From Candidatus Bilamarchaeaceae archaeon (GTDB lineage: Archaea > Micrarchaeota > Micrarchaeia > Anstonellales > Bilamarchaeaceae), in the NCBI GenBank assembly GCA_038870635.1, contig JAVZJR010000004.1:40406-104405 (forward strand): DNA of 64,000 nt, written 5' to 3'. The position numbers and the translations under genes were made by a program. Shown piece by piece: positions 1 through 9,324 of the stretch. Under the pieces are notes generated by a model, which was not told the DNA's origin, did not search any database, and saw nothing but the letters and a program-made list of their open reading frames with translations. Numbering within the stretch: the stretch's first letter is position 1; each line of letters begins with the position of its first letter.

Positions 1-862
1 AAACCGTTACACTTTCAAACTCATGGAAAACAACATATTTGGCCAGTTCAAGAACAGGATTGTCTTCTACTTGAGGGGGGCAGTATGCTTTTTTCATTTT
101 CTCTTTTATTTCTTCTTTCGTGTCATGCACAAATATCGCTGTCCATGGTTTGCTTTTACTCATTTTAGCTGCAAGGGTTCTTTCTTCTTTATTTGTAGGA
201 TTGCTTATCTTGGGTGGTTCAGCAAGGCCCGGCAGCAAATGATGATGGATTGCAATTGGTTTCTTCCATCCTAGATGAGGGTATACTTCTCTAGCTAAAA
301 CATGGATTTTTCTTTGGTCCATCCCCCCATGCGCAAGATGCGCTCCTATTGCCACGATGTCTACTGCTTGCATTGGTGGATAAAAATACTGCGCCAGGTC
401 AAGTTTTTCATTTTCGCTTCTTCCCATTATTGTTAAGCATCGCGAGCAACGCGCAAGCGAAATTTGAAGAGAAAAACGCATAACATTCTTCCAGTAATCA
501 TCATTGTTGTGGTAGAGTTCACTTCCTAAAACTATCTCTGTTTTTGGACAAAAAAATTTGAATGCTTCTTTGTAATATTTAGCCGCTTTTAGTATTTTAT
601 CCCAATCGCCGCCGAGTTTCTTATTTAGTATGCTGTGCCAGTCAGCAAGAAGAACCTTAGTTTTGAATCCTGCTTCCGAAAGGTCGTTTATTTTGAATCC
701 ACTTAATATAAGAGTGCCGAGATGTAAATGGCCTGAGATTTCAAAACCTTGGTAGTGTACTGGTCTTTCTTCTCTTTGTAGAAGTTCTCTTAAATCAGCT
801 ATCGTCAATGTTTCTTCTATAGGCGCTCGCGTAACTAATTCTATTCTTTTTTCTATATCCAT
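1..862 (-). CDS. tyrS: Tyrosyl-tRNA synthetase (archaeal type), 3' end beyond the window edge
   Basis: Not in the ORF track. Manual translation gives MDIEKRIELVTRAPIEE...YQGFEISGHLHLGT...LADWH...YPPMQAVD...GGMDQRKIH...KMSKS (class I HIGH and KMSKS motifs). Confidence 0.95.
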   Translation of the reverse strand, partial: MDIEKRIELVTRAPIEETLTIADLRELLQREERPVHYQGFEISGHLHLGTLILSGFKINDLSEAGFKTKVLLADWHSILNKKLGGDWDKILKAAKYYKEAFKFFCPKTEIVLGSELYHNNDDYWKNVMRFSLQISLARCSRCLTIMGRSENEKLDLAQYFYPPMQAVDIVAIGAHLAHGGMDQRKIHVLAREVYPHLGWKKPIAIHHHLLPGLAEPPKISNPTNKEERTLAAKMSKSKPWTAIFVHDTKEEIKEKMKKAYCPPQVEDNPVLELAKYVVFHEFESVTV

Positions 863-929
863 GTAATGAGAATTAAAAGAATTGTTTATAAAATGTTTCA
901 TAAAAAAGTTAGAATGTTAAATAAGGTGT

Positions 930-1673
930 GTGGATATGGCTACCATGGCTTTTTCAAATAATGTTAGAAAAGAGGGAGAAAAACAGTTGAGTTTATCAAA
1001 TAAGCTAAAACCACAGTTAAAAAGATTAAAGGAGAAAATAGAGGAAATACCTTCTCGTTTGTCAAATAATTTCAAAAAAGTATTATTCTTTACTTTTGCG
1101 TCAGCTGTCCTTACCTTTTCTTGTGGTAAAGAAGAAAAAAATAAAGGTTGGCCACCAAGCGGATATGCTGATCTTTGCGTACCGCCTTCTGGAGAAATCC
1201 AAAAAATATGCGATGATGAAAATATAAAAACAGTGTATCTCGCCAATGTCCCAGAAGTTTTTGGTAATGATATGAGTGCTAAAAATTGTGAGGAAGTAGT
1301 TTTTAAGGGGAATATAAATGATTCTCCATATGAAGAATCTTCTAGATTTTGCGCTTGTAGAAATTGGTTGGAGAGAATGAATGGCGACCCAACAAATTGT
1401 GTTTATAGTTTAGATAAAACGTGTGATAAAAACTTCGGCGCAAGTGTAGCTGTTGGTGTGCCTGGAAGCACGACAATAAAAGTTCGAGACAACCAGGATA
1501 TATTTTTATATCACGACGCGTACACTGTTGTTGTTTGTAGGGCCGCAGGCTCTAAGTGCGAGGACGAAAGCGTTTCACCTAATATCCCCCCTTTGAATAC
1601 TTTTTGCGAGAATATTCTGCTAGAAGTTAAGTTTGTTCCTGCAGAAGGGTTCAAAGAGACTTCAAAAAAATAA
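930..1673 (+). CDS. Hypothetical Cys-rich, probably exported or lipid-anchored protein
   Basis: Basic N-terminus, then hydrophobic VLFFTFASAVLTFSC (lipobox-like) and many Cys; no recognisable family. Confidence 0.65.
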   Translation: MDMATMAFSNNVRKEGEKQLSLSNKLKPQLKRLKEKIEEIPSRLSNNFKKVLFFTFASAVLTFSCGKEEKNKGWPPSGYADLCVPPSGEIQKICDDENIKTVYLANVPEVFGNDMSAKNCEEVVFKGNINDSPYEESSRFCACRNWLERMNGDPTNCVYSLDKTCDKNFGASVAVGVPGSTTIKVRDNQDIFLYHDAYTVVVCRAAGSKCEDESVSPNIPPLNTFCENILLEVKFVPAEGFKETSKK

Positions 1674-1806
1674 GTTTGTTTTGTTTGCTTTTCTATGGGG
1701 GAAGTTGCTACCTCTTTTAAAATCTTTTGTTTTATTTTAGGTATGGAGAGAGATGAGAAAAGGGATTTTGTTTCTCATTCTGAATTTTTAATTTAGAGGT
1801 GTAAAA

Positions 1807-2436
1807 ATGGATAGAAGAATTGTTTTGCCAGGTGAAAAGATAGCCGAAGGCAAGTTTAGGATTCCTAATACCTATGTAGAAGGAGAAAATATCTATGCTA
1901 CGCTCGTTGGTTTTATTGATGAAAACAATCGATATGTACCAATAGAAAAAAGGTACAAACCAGAACCAGGCGAGCTTGTTGTGGGTGTTGTTACAGATGC
2001 TAGACATGCTGGTTATAGCGTAGATTTAAACTTACCTACAGAAGGTTTTATATCTACAAAATTTATGCACGCGACTCTTATGCTTGGTGATATGGTAATT
2101 GCTAGAATTCGTTCTATAGAGAGAAATGGTGTTATTGAATTGACTGATATTAAGAGACTGCCAAAAGGGAAAATAGTAACTTTTCCATCAGCTAAAGTGC
2201 CACGTTTAGTGGGAAAGCAAAATAGCATGCTTGATATAATAAAAAAATACGGTGGCGGGGATGTTGTTGTAGGTACTAATGGATATGTATGGATAAGTGA
2301 AAAGGCGAATATCCCCTTAATACTTAAGGTAATGGAACTTATAGAAGAGAAAGCGCATAAGCGCGGCTTAACAGATAGAGTTGTAGACTTCTTTGAGAAA
2401 GAGAAGGCTGCGAGAGCGCAAGGTAAGGTGGTATAA
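1807..2436 (+). CDS. rrp4: Exosome RNA-binding protein Rrp4
   Basis: IVLPGE N-terminus, S1 domain (RYKPEPGELVVG), KH domain (VPRLVGKQNSM, GTNGYVWI); directly before rrp41 and rrp42. Confidence 0.93.
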   Translation: MDRRIVLPGEKIAEGKFRIPNTYVEGENIYATLVGFIDENNRYVPIEKRYKPEPGELVVGVVTDARHAGYSVDLNLPTEGFISTKFMHATLMLGDMVIARIRSIERNGVIELTDIKRLPKGKIVTFPSAKVPRLVGKQNSMLDIIKKYGGGDVVVGTNGYVWISEKANIPLILKVMELIEEKAHKRGLTDRVVDFFEKEKAARAQGKVV

Positions 2437-3176
2437 TGGGCGCAAAATCTGACGTGAAGCTTATTGTTAATGGAAAGAGAATAGATGGAAGAAGTTCTGT
2501 TGATTTAAGAAAAATAAGAATAGAAGTTGGTGTTATACCTGAGGCTGATGGCTCAGCTTATATAGAGTGGGGCGGAAATAAAATACTATGCGGTGTGCAT
2601 GGACCACGTGAATGTATTCCACATCATGAGGCAAATCCATTTAGAGCAATAATAAAATGTAGGTATATGATGTCACCTTTTGCTTCTTTAGAAGAACATG
2701 GAAAAAGCGGGCCCAGTCGTAGAAGTGTAGAACTCTCAAAAGTTATACGTGAAGTTTTTGAGAATCTTATAATAGCAGAAGAATTTCCAAATACAGAAAT
2801 AAACATATACATAGATGTTTTGCAAGCGGAAGGCGGTACCAGGACTGCCTCAATAACAGCAGCGGCAGTGGCTCTTGCCAATGCGGGTATACCACTGCGT
2901 GATCTTGTTTCAGCAGTATCTGTTGGTAAGGCTGATGGCGAGCTTATTGTAGACCTTGGAAAGTTAGAAGACAATTTCGGCCAATCCGATATGCCGCTTG
3001 CCTTTTCTGCACGAGACAAAAAGATCTTGCTTTTGCAAATGGACGGTCTCTTAACAAAAGAAGAGATAAAAAGAATAATTGAATTGGCAGAAGAAGCATC
3101 TTCTAAAATTAATAAAATTCAAAAAGATGCACTTCAAAGGTACTATTATGAAGAAGAAAGAGATTTTGTTCTATGA
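2436..3176 (+). CDS. rrp41: Exosome subunit Rrp41
   Basis: RNase PH fold motifs RIDGR, ADGSAYIEWG, GPRE, QAEGGTRTA, QMDG. Confidence 0.96.
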   Translation: MGAKSDVKLIVNGKRIDGRSSVDLRKIRIEVGVIPEADGSAYIEWGGNKILCGVHGPRECIPHHEANPFRAIIKCRYMMSPFASLEEHGKSGPSRRSVELSKVIREVFENLIIAEEFPNTEINIYIDVLQAEGGTRTASITAAAVALANAGIPLRDLVSAVSVGKADGELIVDLGKLEDNFGQSDMPLAFSARDKKILLLQMDGLLTKEEIKRIIELAEEASSKINKIQKDALQRYYYEEERDFVL

Positions 3177-3185
3177 GGTGTTTAT

Positions 3186-3977
3186 ATGGGTACTGAAATA
3201 AAAGAAATGGTTATGCAAAAAATGCGCGCCGAAGTAATGACTGATCTTTTAGATAGAGGAGAAAGGCTTGATGGTAGGGAATTTGATGAGTATAGGCCAA
3301 TAAAAATACAAAAAAATCCCATAACAACAGCAGATGGGTCTGCATATGTGCGTATTGGTAATACTCAAGTTTTAGCTGCTGTTAAATTCGAAGTGGTTGC
3401 TCCTTTTCCTGATCGCCCAAAGGAGGGTGCTTTGATTATGAACGCAGAACACTTGCCAGTTGCCAATCCTTCATTTGAAGCAGGGCCGCCAGATGAAAAA
3501 TCCATCGAGATGGCAAGAACTGTTGATCGCGCTATAAGAAGTTCGGAAGCAATAGATTTAAATGAACTTTTCATAGAAGATGGAAAAGTTCTCGGTATCT
3601 TTGTAGATCTTTATGTTCTTGACCACGCAGGAAATTATACAGATGCAGCAACATTAGCCGCAACTGCTGCCTTGTTAAATACAAAAATGCCAAAAATTGA
3701 GGGCGGAGTTATAATAAGGGGGGAATACAAAGACTATTTGAAGCTAAGGGCATTGCCACTATCGACTACTTTCATAAGGGTAGGGAGACATTGGCTTGTT
3801 GATCCAACTGAATACGAGGAGAAAGTGCTTAATACTCGTCTTACAATTGCGACAACAGAAGAGCACGTTTGCGCTATGCAAAAAGCAGAAGGATGGGTTA
3901 CGAAAGATGAGCTTCTTGAAAGAATAGATGTAGCATTTAAAAAAGGTTCTGAACTAAGAAAATTACTTACTATATAG
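3186..3977 (+). CDS. rrp42: Exosome subunit Rrp42
   Basis: RLDGREFDEYR, FPDRPKEG, GPPDEKSIEMARTVDRAIR, VDPT motifs. Confidence 0.96.
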   Translation: MGTEIKEMVMQKMRAEVMTDLLDRGERLDGREFDEYRPIKIQKNPITTADGSAYVRIGNTQVLAAVKFEVVAPFPDRPKEGALIMNAEHLPVANPSFEAGPPDEKSIEMARTVDRAIRSSEAIDLNELFIEDGKVLGIFVDLYVLDHAGNYTDAATLAATAALLNTKMPKIEGGVIIRGEYKDYLKLRALPLSTTFIRVGRHWLVDPTEYEEKVLNTRLTIATTEEHVCAMQKAEGWVTKDELLERIDVAFKKGSELRKLLTI

Positions 3978-3987
3978 GTGCTTACTT

Positions 3988-4227
3988 ATGAGAAGCGAGA
4001 AGTATGGAGCAAGGATTAGAAAATTATATGATGCTGCCATAAAGGCAAAAAACACACGCTATGAATGCCCAAAATGCCACAAGAAGAATCTTAGAAGGAA
4101 AGGAACTGCCTTGTGGGAATGTAAATCTTGCGAAGCGAGATTTGCCGGCGGCGCATATTCTTTTAGGACAGAAGTTGGTGAAATAGCATGCAGATTGATT
4201 AGTGAGTATTCAAATATAAAACAATAG
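3988..4227 (+). CDS. rpl37ae: 50S ribosomal protein L37ae (eL43)
   Basis: KYGARIRK, CPKC...WECKSC...FAGGAY zinc ribbon; conserved position after rrp42. Confidence 0.95.
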   Translation: MRSEKYGARIRKLYDAAIKAKNTRYECPKCHKKNLRRKGTALWECKSCEARFAGGAYSFRTEVGEIACRLISEYSNIKQ

Positions 4228-4235
4228 GTGTTTTT

Positions 4236-4373
4236 ATGCCCGAATACAAGGACCAAAAAACTGGAGAAGTTGTAAAAATATCAATCGAAAAGGGTTTCAA
4301 GTTTCCAGCAACCGGTGCGAAGGTACTCTTAAAATCAAGACCACCAGTAGCAAAGGAGGTTAGTACTGATTGA
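4236..4373 (+). CDS. rpoP: RNA polymerase subunit P (Rpo12), cysteine-free variant
   Basis: Not in the ORF track. 45 aa MPEYKDQKTGEVVKISIEKGFKFPATGAKVLLKSRPPVAKEVSTD with an AGGTG SD. Sits in the canonical rpoP slot after rpl37ae and keeps the VLLKxRPPV signature. Confidence 0.85.
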   Translation: MPEYKDQKTGEVVKISIEKGFKFPATGAKVLLKSRPPVAKEVSTD

Positions 4374-4609
4374 TAGTTACAACATCAAGGTACGCGTCGT
4401 CCCGAGTTCGAAAAGAAGCGATTGAATTCGCTAATAATAAAAAAGCACTCTATATTGCGAGAGGAAAGAGAACGATAAATTCTATTGTTGATTTAGCTTG
4501 GAGAAAAGGGCATCATTTAATAATCATTTTTAGGGAGAAAAATGGAAAAGTAGCAGGATTTGATGAGATTGAGATAGATCAATGGGGTGACTGGAAGTGG
4601 AAAAAATGA
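4370..4609 (+). CDS. Short Brix-domain (Imp4-like) ribosome biogenesis protein
   Basis: MIVTTSR..S.R and ARGKRTI motifs of the Brix N-terminal half; canonical position between rpoP and pcc1. Confidence 0.75.
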   Translation: MIVTTSRYASSRVRKEAIEFANNKKALYIARGKRTINSIVDLAWRKGHHLIIIFREKNGKVAGFDEIEIDQWGDWKWKK

Positions 4610-4869
4610 AGTACTCGTCCGAGATTAAAGTGCTTTGCAGCGATGAAGAAGAAGCGAATAATATTATGGCAAGTATTTCTCATGAAGGTAAAGGAAGTGA
4701 TAGAGCAACTGCAAGAGTGAGCAGAAAAGGAAAAGAAATATCAATTAATATTGTTTCTGCAGACGCTACCGCTCTACGCGCTTTTATCAACAGCTTCTTA
4801 AGAGACCTTCAAGCTATTGAAGGAGTGGAGGCAACCGCTTCTACTTGCTCTAACAAAGATGTTTTATAA
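4606..4869 (+). CDS. pcc1: KEOPS complex subunit Pcc1
   Basis: SADATALRAFINSFLRDL motif; operon context. Confidence 0.88.
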   Translation: MKYSSEIKVLCSDEEEANNIMASISHEGKGSDRATARVSRKGKEISINIVSADATALRAFINSFLRDLQAIEGVEATASTCSNKDVL

Positions 4870-4908
4870 TATATTCTTTTGATTATTATGATTGTTTGAG
4901 GTGTTTAA

Positions 4909-5262
4909 ATGGCAGATAAAGAAGATGCAGAGTTTGGTAAATCACTTGCAGAATATGAAAATCTTGAAAAGCAACTGGAAGTTGTTTTAATACAGAAAAA
5001 CCAACTTTCCTTGCAGATAGCCGAGGCTAAGAATGCGCTTGAGGAATTAAAAGATGCGAAAGGAGAGGTTTATCGTTCTGTTGGTTCTTTGATACTGAAG
5101 ACAACAAAAGAAGAAGCAGAGAAAAAACTAAAAGAAAGATTAGAGCTTATGGAAGTGAAGCATAAGGCAATATCAAAAGAGGAAGAAAGACTAAAAGAAG
5201 CAGTCCTTAAACTTCAACAAACGCTAAAAGAAAAGATGGAGAAGTATGAGAAAAAATCTTAA
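4909..5262 (+). CDS. pfdB: Prefoldin beta subunit
   Basis: Coiled coils flanking the VYRSVGSLIL beta-hairpin. Confidence 0.93.
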   Translation: MADKEDAEFGKSLAEYENLEKQLEVVLIQKNQLSLQIAEAKNALEELKDAKGEVYRSVGSLILKTTKEEAEKKLKERLELMEVKHKAISKEEERLKEAVLKLQQTLKEKMEKYEKKS

Positions 5263-6202
5263 TGAGATTATCGCATATCTCAGAGATAAGAAAATTTTGC
5301 TTACTTCTCATCGGAAGCCAGATATAGATTCAGTTGTTTCTCTTTTTGTGTTAAAAGAACTTTTACCTAATGCGGTTATTGCCTTGACAAGCGAGAAAGA
5401 CGAGAGCGCAAAAAATTTAATTGACTATCTTGGTTTAGAATTTGAGGATTTAAATAAAATAAATCTTAGCGACTTTGATGGCTTAGTTGTTGCAGATACA
5501 TCATCCACTACCCTTGTGCCTATTGCAAAAGAAGCAAAAATTTTTCTTCTAATAGACCACCACCAAGCAGAGGGCAGAGACATAAAAGCAGATTTTGAAA
5601 TAATAGATTCTCAAGCCACAGCTACTTCTGAAATAATCGCCATTCTTCTCGAAGATGCTGGAATGCTTGATAAGATTTCAAAAAAAGCAATCTTTGCGCT
5701 TTGTTGCGGGATTGTTTTTGATAGTGCTCGTTTTAAATCTGCGAGAGCACAGACTTTCAAGATACTATCTAAACTAATGGAATTAGCTGAAGAAAGTTAT
5801 GAAAAGATAAGGGAATACGCAGAACCACCACGGAGAAGAGATGAACAACTTGCGATATTGCGTGGTTTTCAAAGATTAGAAATATACGAAATAAATGGGT
5901 ATGTAATAGCCACAAGCAATGTTGGAAGCAACGCAAGCGACACTGCATCCTTTTTAGCAGAGGTAGCTCATGTTTCTTTTGTTGCTGAATTTAAAGAGAA
6001 GGAGAACGAAACTCGTCTTTCTGCTCGTGCGGCCCATACTTTTCCCCTGCCTCTAAACGAGATTGCTGCACGCGCTGCTGATAAAATCGGGGGAAAAGGA
6101 GGGGGGCATAAAAAAGCAGCAGGCCTCTCAGTTAAAAATAAAAAACCATCAGAAGTTTTAAAGGCGTGTTTAGATGTTTTAAAAGAAGTATTTTCTAATT
6201 AA
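5246..6202 (+). CDS. DHH/DHHA1 family phosphoesterase
   Basis: HRKPDID, VADT, IDHH and GGKGGGHKKAAG motifs. Confidence 0.9.
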   Translation: MRKNLNEIIAYLRDKKILLTSHRKPDIDSVVSLFVLKELLPNAVIALTSEKDESAKNLIDYLGLEFEDLNKINLSDFDGLVVADTSSTTLVPIAKEAKIFLLIDHHQAEGRDIKADFEIIDSQATATSEIIAILLEDAGMLDKISKKAIFALCCGIVFDSARFKSARAQTFKILSKLMELAEESYEKIREYAEPPRRRDEQLAILRGFQRLEIYEINGYVIATSNVGSNASDTASFLAEVAHVSFVAEFKEKENETRLSARAAHTFPLPLNEIAARAADKIGGKGGGHKKAAGLSVKNKKPSEVLKACLDVLKEVFSN

Positions 6203-6928
6203 TTACTTTTTATCTTCATCTTTTTGTTTGTTTCTTTTTTCTTTCTCTTCCTGATATTTCAGTTCATCCTCAAACATTTTTCTTATAAATTCATCTCGAT
6301 TATTTTTATTTACATTTTTTCCATACAAATTTTTGATTTCTTTATTAAGGTCTTCTTTATTCTTTTCAGGTGAATGAATTATAACAAAATGACTATTCCA
6401 CAACATTAAGATATACACCGTATATTTTTTTCCGTTTATTCCTTTTCCTTCTATATACAATTGGCTACTTTTTTCCTCATCTGCTTGTAAGTTAAACTTC
6501 CCGTTTTTAAGTATTACTGGTGAGCTACATACAATTTCGTTGCTGCCATCTATTCCATCATACAAAATTTTACCATTTTTTGTGAGCAAAAAAATTCCTT
6601 TTTTGTAAGCTAATGCGCTTATGATTTTTTCTTTTACATTTTTGTCTTTTAATGAAGCGTACTCTTCCTTACCATTATTGTTTATTACAATTCCGTAACT
6701 TATTTTATGGGGAGTTATCGTTATCCTAAATTTAAGCCCGTTTTTTTCTATTTGCGTAGTGTGATTATTTTTTACTATAACAGAGAAAATACCCTCCTGG
6801 ATATTATCTTCTTTAAGCACTTCTTTTCGTTGGAACGTAATTTCGTTTTTATTAAGCTGTGAGAGTGCTTGCTGTTGATTGATGAAAAGAAGAGTCGCGA
6901 TTGTAGCTGCAAAAAGTTTTGTTCGCAT
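6203..6928 (-). CDS. Hypothetical exported protein
   Basis: Likely start MRTKLFAATIATLLFI (signal-like). The upstream part of the track ORF is an antisense shadow of gdh. Confidence 0.65.
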   Translation of the reverse strand: MRTKLFAATIATLLFINQQQALSQLNKNEITFQRKEVLKEDNIQEGIFSVIVKNNHTTQIEKNGLKFRITITPHKISYGIVINNNGKEEYASLKDKNVKEKIISALAYKKGIFLLTKNGKILYDGIDGSNEIVCSSPVILKNGKFNLQADEEKSSQLYIEGKGINGKKYTVYILMLWNSHFVIIHSPEKNKEDLNKEIKNLYGKNVNKNNRDEFIRKMFEDELKYQEEKEKRNKQKDEDKK

Positions 6929-7048
6929 TTTCTTACCATTTTTATTTATTGTTATAAAGTATTTAAAAACCTGTTTGCTTTTAACATAAGTTTTTAAGGC
7001 TTGGTTATAAAAATATTTCAACAAATTTTTTACTAGGAGATGACTACT

Positions 7049-8155
7049 ATGAGAAAGGAAGATGTCTTTGGGTTTGAGAAGGTAGTAGAAGTTTACGACC
7101 AGAAAACTGGTATGGAAGGTGTTTGTGTTATTCACAACACTGCGCGCGGGCCTGGAAAAGGCGGCATACGGATGGTGCCAGACGTTACAGTAGAGGAAGT
7201 AATGGGTCTTGCGCGAGCAATGACTTGGAAAAATGCTATGGCCGACCTTCCTTTTGGTGGTGCGAAAAGTGGAATAAAAGCAGACCCAACGAAACTCACT
7301 CCTGCTCAAAAAGAGACTATTGTTCGAGCTTTCGCCAGAAAAATATCCGAATTGATGCCTGAGCAATATATAGCAGGGCCAGATATGAATATGACAGAAA
7401 AAGAGATGGCGTATATCGCAGACGAGTGCAAAGATAACCGCGTCGTTACTGGAAAGCCCTCTGAGCTGGGCGGTCTTCCTCACGAATTAGGAAGCACTGG
7501 TTATGGTGTTGCCCTTGCAACTAAGGTTGCTGTCGAGCACGATGGCAAAAATCTTAGTGGTATGAAAGTTGCAATAGAGGGGTTTGGTAATGTTGGTACC
7601 TTTACAATGAAATTTTTAACAGAATGGGGGGCTACGGTGGTGGCAGTTTCAGATTCTAAAGGAACTATCTATAATGAAAAAGGTTTAGATTATCATAAAC
7701 TGATGGAAACCAAAGCAACAAAAAAGACTGTAACTGCTTATTCTGATGGAAAAGTTCTTGATGCGAAAGCACTTTTCGAATTAGATTGTGACATTCTTAT
7801 ACCTGGAGCTCGTCCTAATGTTATAACAATGAGCAACTATGAAAAAGTTAAAGCAAAATACATCTCAGAAGCAGCTAATCTGCCGATACCACACGATGTA
7901 GAATTGCTTTTAGCAAAAAAAGGAAAAGTTGTTCTGCCTGATTTTGTTGCTAATGCTGGCGGTGTTATAAGCAGTTGGTGCGAAACAGAAGGAATGAGCC
8001 CAACTGAGATGTTCTCTGTTGTGAAGGATAAAATAGAGAAAAACACAAAAATAATGTTAGAACGTGCAAAGAACCTTGAAACAAGAAAAGCTGCAATGGA
8101 AATAGCAAAAGAGAGAGTGGAAAGTGCGATGAGGTATAGGGGCTGGATAGCGTGA
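7049..8155 (+). CDS. gdhA: Glu/Leu/Phe/Val dehydrogenase (probably glutamate dehydrogenase)
   Basis: RGPGKGGIR, MTWKNA..LPFGGAKSG, GPDMN, VTGKP, EGFGNVG, PDFVANAGGV motifs. Confidence 0.92.
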   Translation: MRKEDVFGFEKVVEVYDQKTGMEGVCVIHNTARGPGKGGIRMVPDVTVEEVMGLARAMTWKNAMADLPFGGAKSGIKADPTKLTPAQKETIVRAFARKISELMPEQYIAGPDMNMTEKEMAYIADECKDNRVVTGKPSELGGLPHELGSTGYGVALATKVAVEHDGKNLSGMKVAIEGFGNVGTFTMKFLTEWGATVVAVSDSKGTIYNEKGLDYHKLMETKATKKTVTAYSDGKVLDAKALFELDCDILIPGARPNVITMSNYEKVKAKYISEAANLPIPHDVELLLAKKGKVVLPDFVANAGGVISSWCETEGMSPTEMFSVVKDKIEKNTKIMLERAKNLETRKAAMEIAKERVESAMRYRGWIA

Positions 8156-8739
8156 AGATTGTTATCATTGACAATGGCTCGCAATACACTCATTTGATAA
8201 AGAGAGGTTATCGCGATCTTGGTCATGCACCAGAAATAATAAACACAAAAATTCGCTATTCCGAAGTAGAGGAGGTTGTACGGAGTGCGGATGCTGTTAT
8301 CCTTTCAGGAGGCCCGAACTCCGTATACTTAGAGAAAGAAGAAACACTTTCGCGTACAATTGTAAGTAAAATAAGAGATGGCGAACTTAAAAAACCGTTA
8401 TTGGGTATATGTTACGGCCATCAAATGATAGGATATGTATGGGGCGCACCAGTGGCAAAAGGGCAAAGTGCAGAATATGGTGTTTGCGAGATTTTTGTCG
8501 ACGAAGAGAATACTCTTTTCAGTGGTTTGCCAAAAAAGTTTAAGGCTTGGGTTTCTCACTACGATGAGGTTAAGGAAATTCCAAAAGGATTTCGTGTTCT
8601 TGCCCATTCTTCTAATTGTAAAATAGAAGCTATGGCAAACGAGGAGAAAAAAGTCTACGGAGTTCAGTTTCATCCAGAGGTTTGGCATACCGAAAACGGG
8701 GAAAAAATTCTTCAAAACTTTTTGAAAATTATAGATTGA
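8152..8739 (+). CDS. guaAA: GMP synthase glutamine amidotransferase subunit A
   Basis: IDNGSQYTHLI, LSGGP, LGICYGHQ, QFHPEV (class I GATase triad). Confidence 0.9.
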   Translation: MKIVIIDNGSQYTHLIKRGYRDLGHAPEIINTKIRYSEVEEVVRSADAVILSGGPNSVYLEKEETLSRTIVSKIRDGELKKPLLGICYGHQMIGYVWGAPVAKGQSAEYGVCEIFVDEENTLFSGLPKKFKAWVSHYDEVKEIPKGFRVLAHSSNCKIEAMANEEKKVYGVQFHPEVWHTENGEKILQNFLKIID

Positions 8740-8743
8740 TTTT

Positions 8744-9292
8744 ATGTGGAAAGAGTTTAAAAAACAAAAATTAGCTGCTCTAAAAAAAGCAATTCACTTA
8801 GGGAAGGTAGATGAAGGGATAATCCCATTGCTCAATGAGATTAACAAGTATGAAAACTTAGTAACGACTTCTTCATGCTTTGGGCGAATAGTACTTTTAG
8901 AATTCGATCTTAAAGAAAGAAAAGCTACTGCTGAATTTTATAGAAAATGGCACAGGGAAGTAAGCGTAGAAGAAGTAGAGGCTGCTGTTTCTGAATATAA
9001 TAAAAAATTACCATTATGGTTTAAGGTTGAGCCGTTTATTCTTCATGTTTCTGCTGCAGACTACAAATCTGCGGAATGGTTTCTAAAAGTCGCAAGAGCC
9101 GCTGGTGTGAAGCGTGGTGGTATACAAGGCACTAATAAGGGAAAAGTAGCAATAGAAATCCAAGGAACAGTATGGATGTCCTTTCCAATTGATTGCGTCA
9201 CGGCCAAATGGAAAGAAGTTGTGAACGTTGCTAATAAAATGGTGCAAATAAATTTTTTACAATTAAAAAAATTAGAAAAGCTTTTAAAATAA
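8744..9292 (+). CDS. taw3: tRNA wyosine-derivative methyltransferase Taw3
   Basis: VDEGIIPLL..IN, TTSSCFGRI, KWH and EPFILHV motifs of the TYW3 family. Confidence 0.88.
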   Translation: MWKEFKKQKLAALKKAIHLGKVDEGIIPLLNEINKYENLVTTSSCFGRIVLLEFDLKERKATAEFYRKWHREVSVEEVEAAVSEYNKKLPLWFKVEPFILHVSAADYKSAEWFLKVARAAGVKRGGIQGTNKGKVAIEIQGTVWMSFPIDCVTAKWKEVVNVANKMVQINFLQLKKLEKLLK

Positions 9293-9324
9293 ACTAAACA
9301 AAAAGTTATTAATGGGGTTTTTGT

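Noticed and set aside
6929..7483. N-terminal 184 aa of the 426-aa track ORF
   Set aside because: Antisense shadow of gdh; a signal-peptide-like start at 6928 is more plausible.
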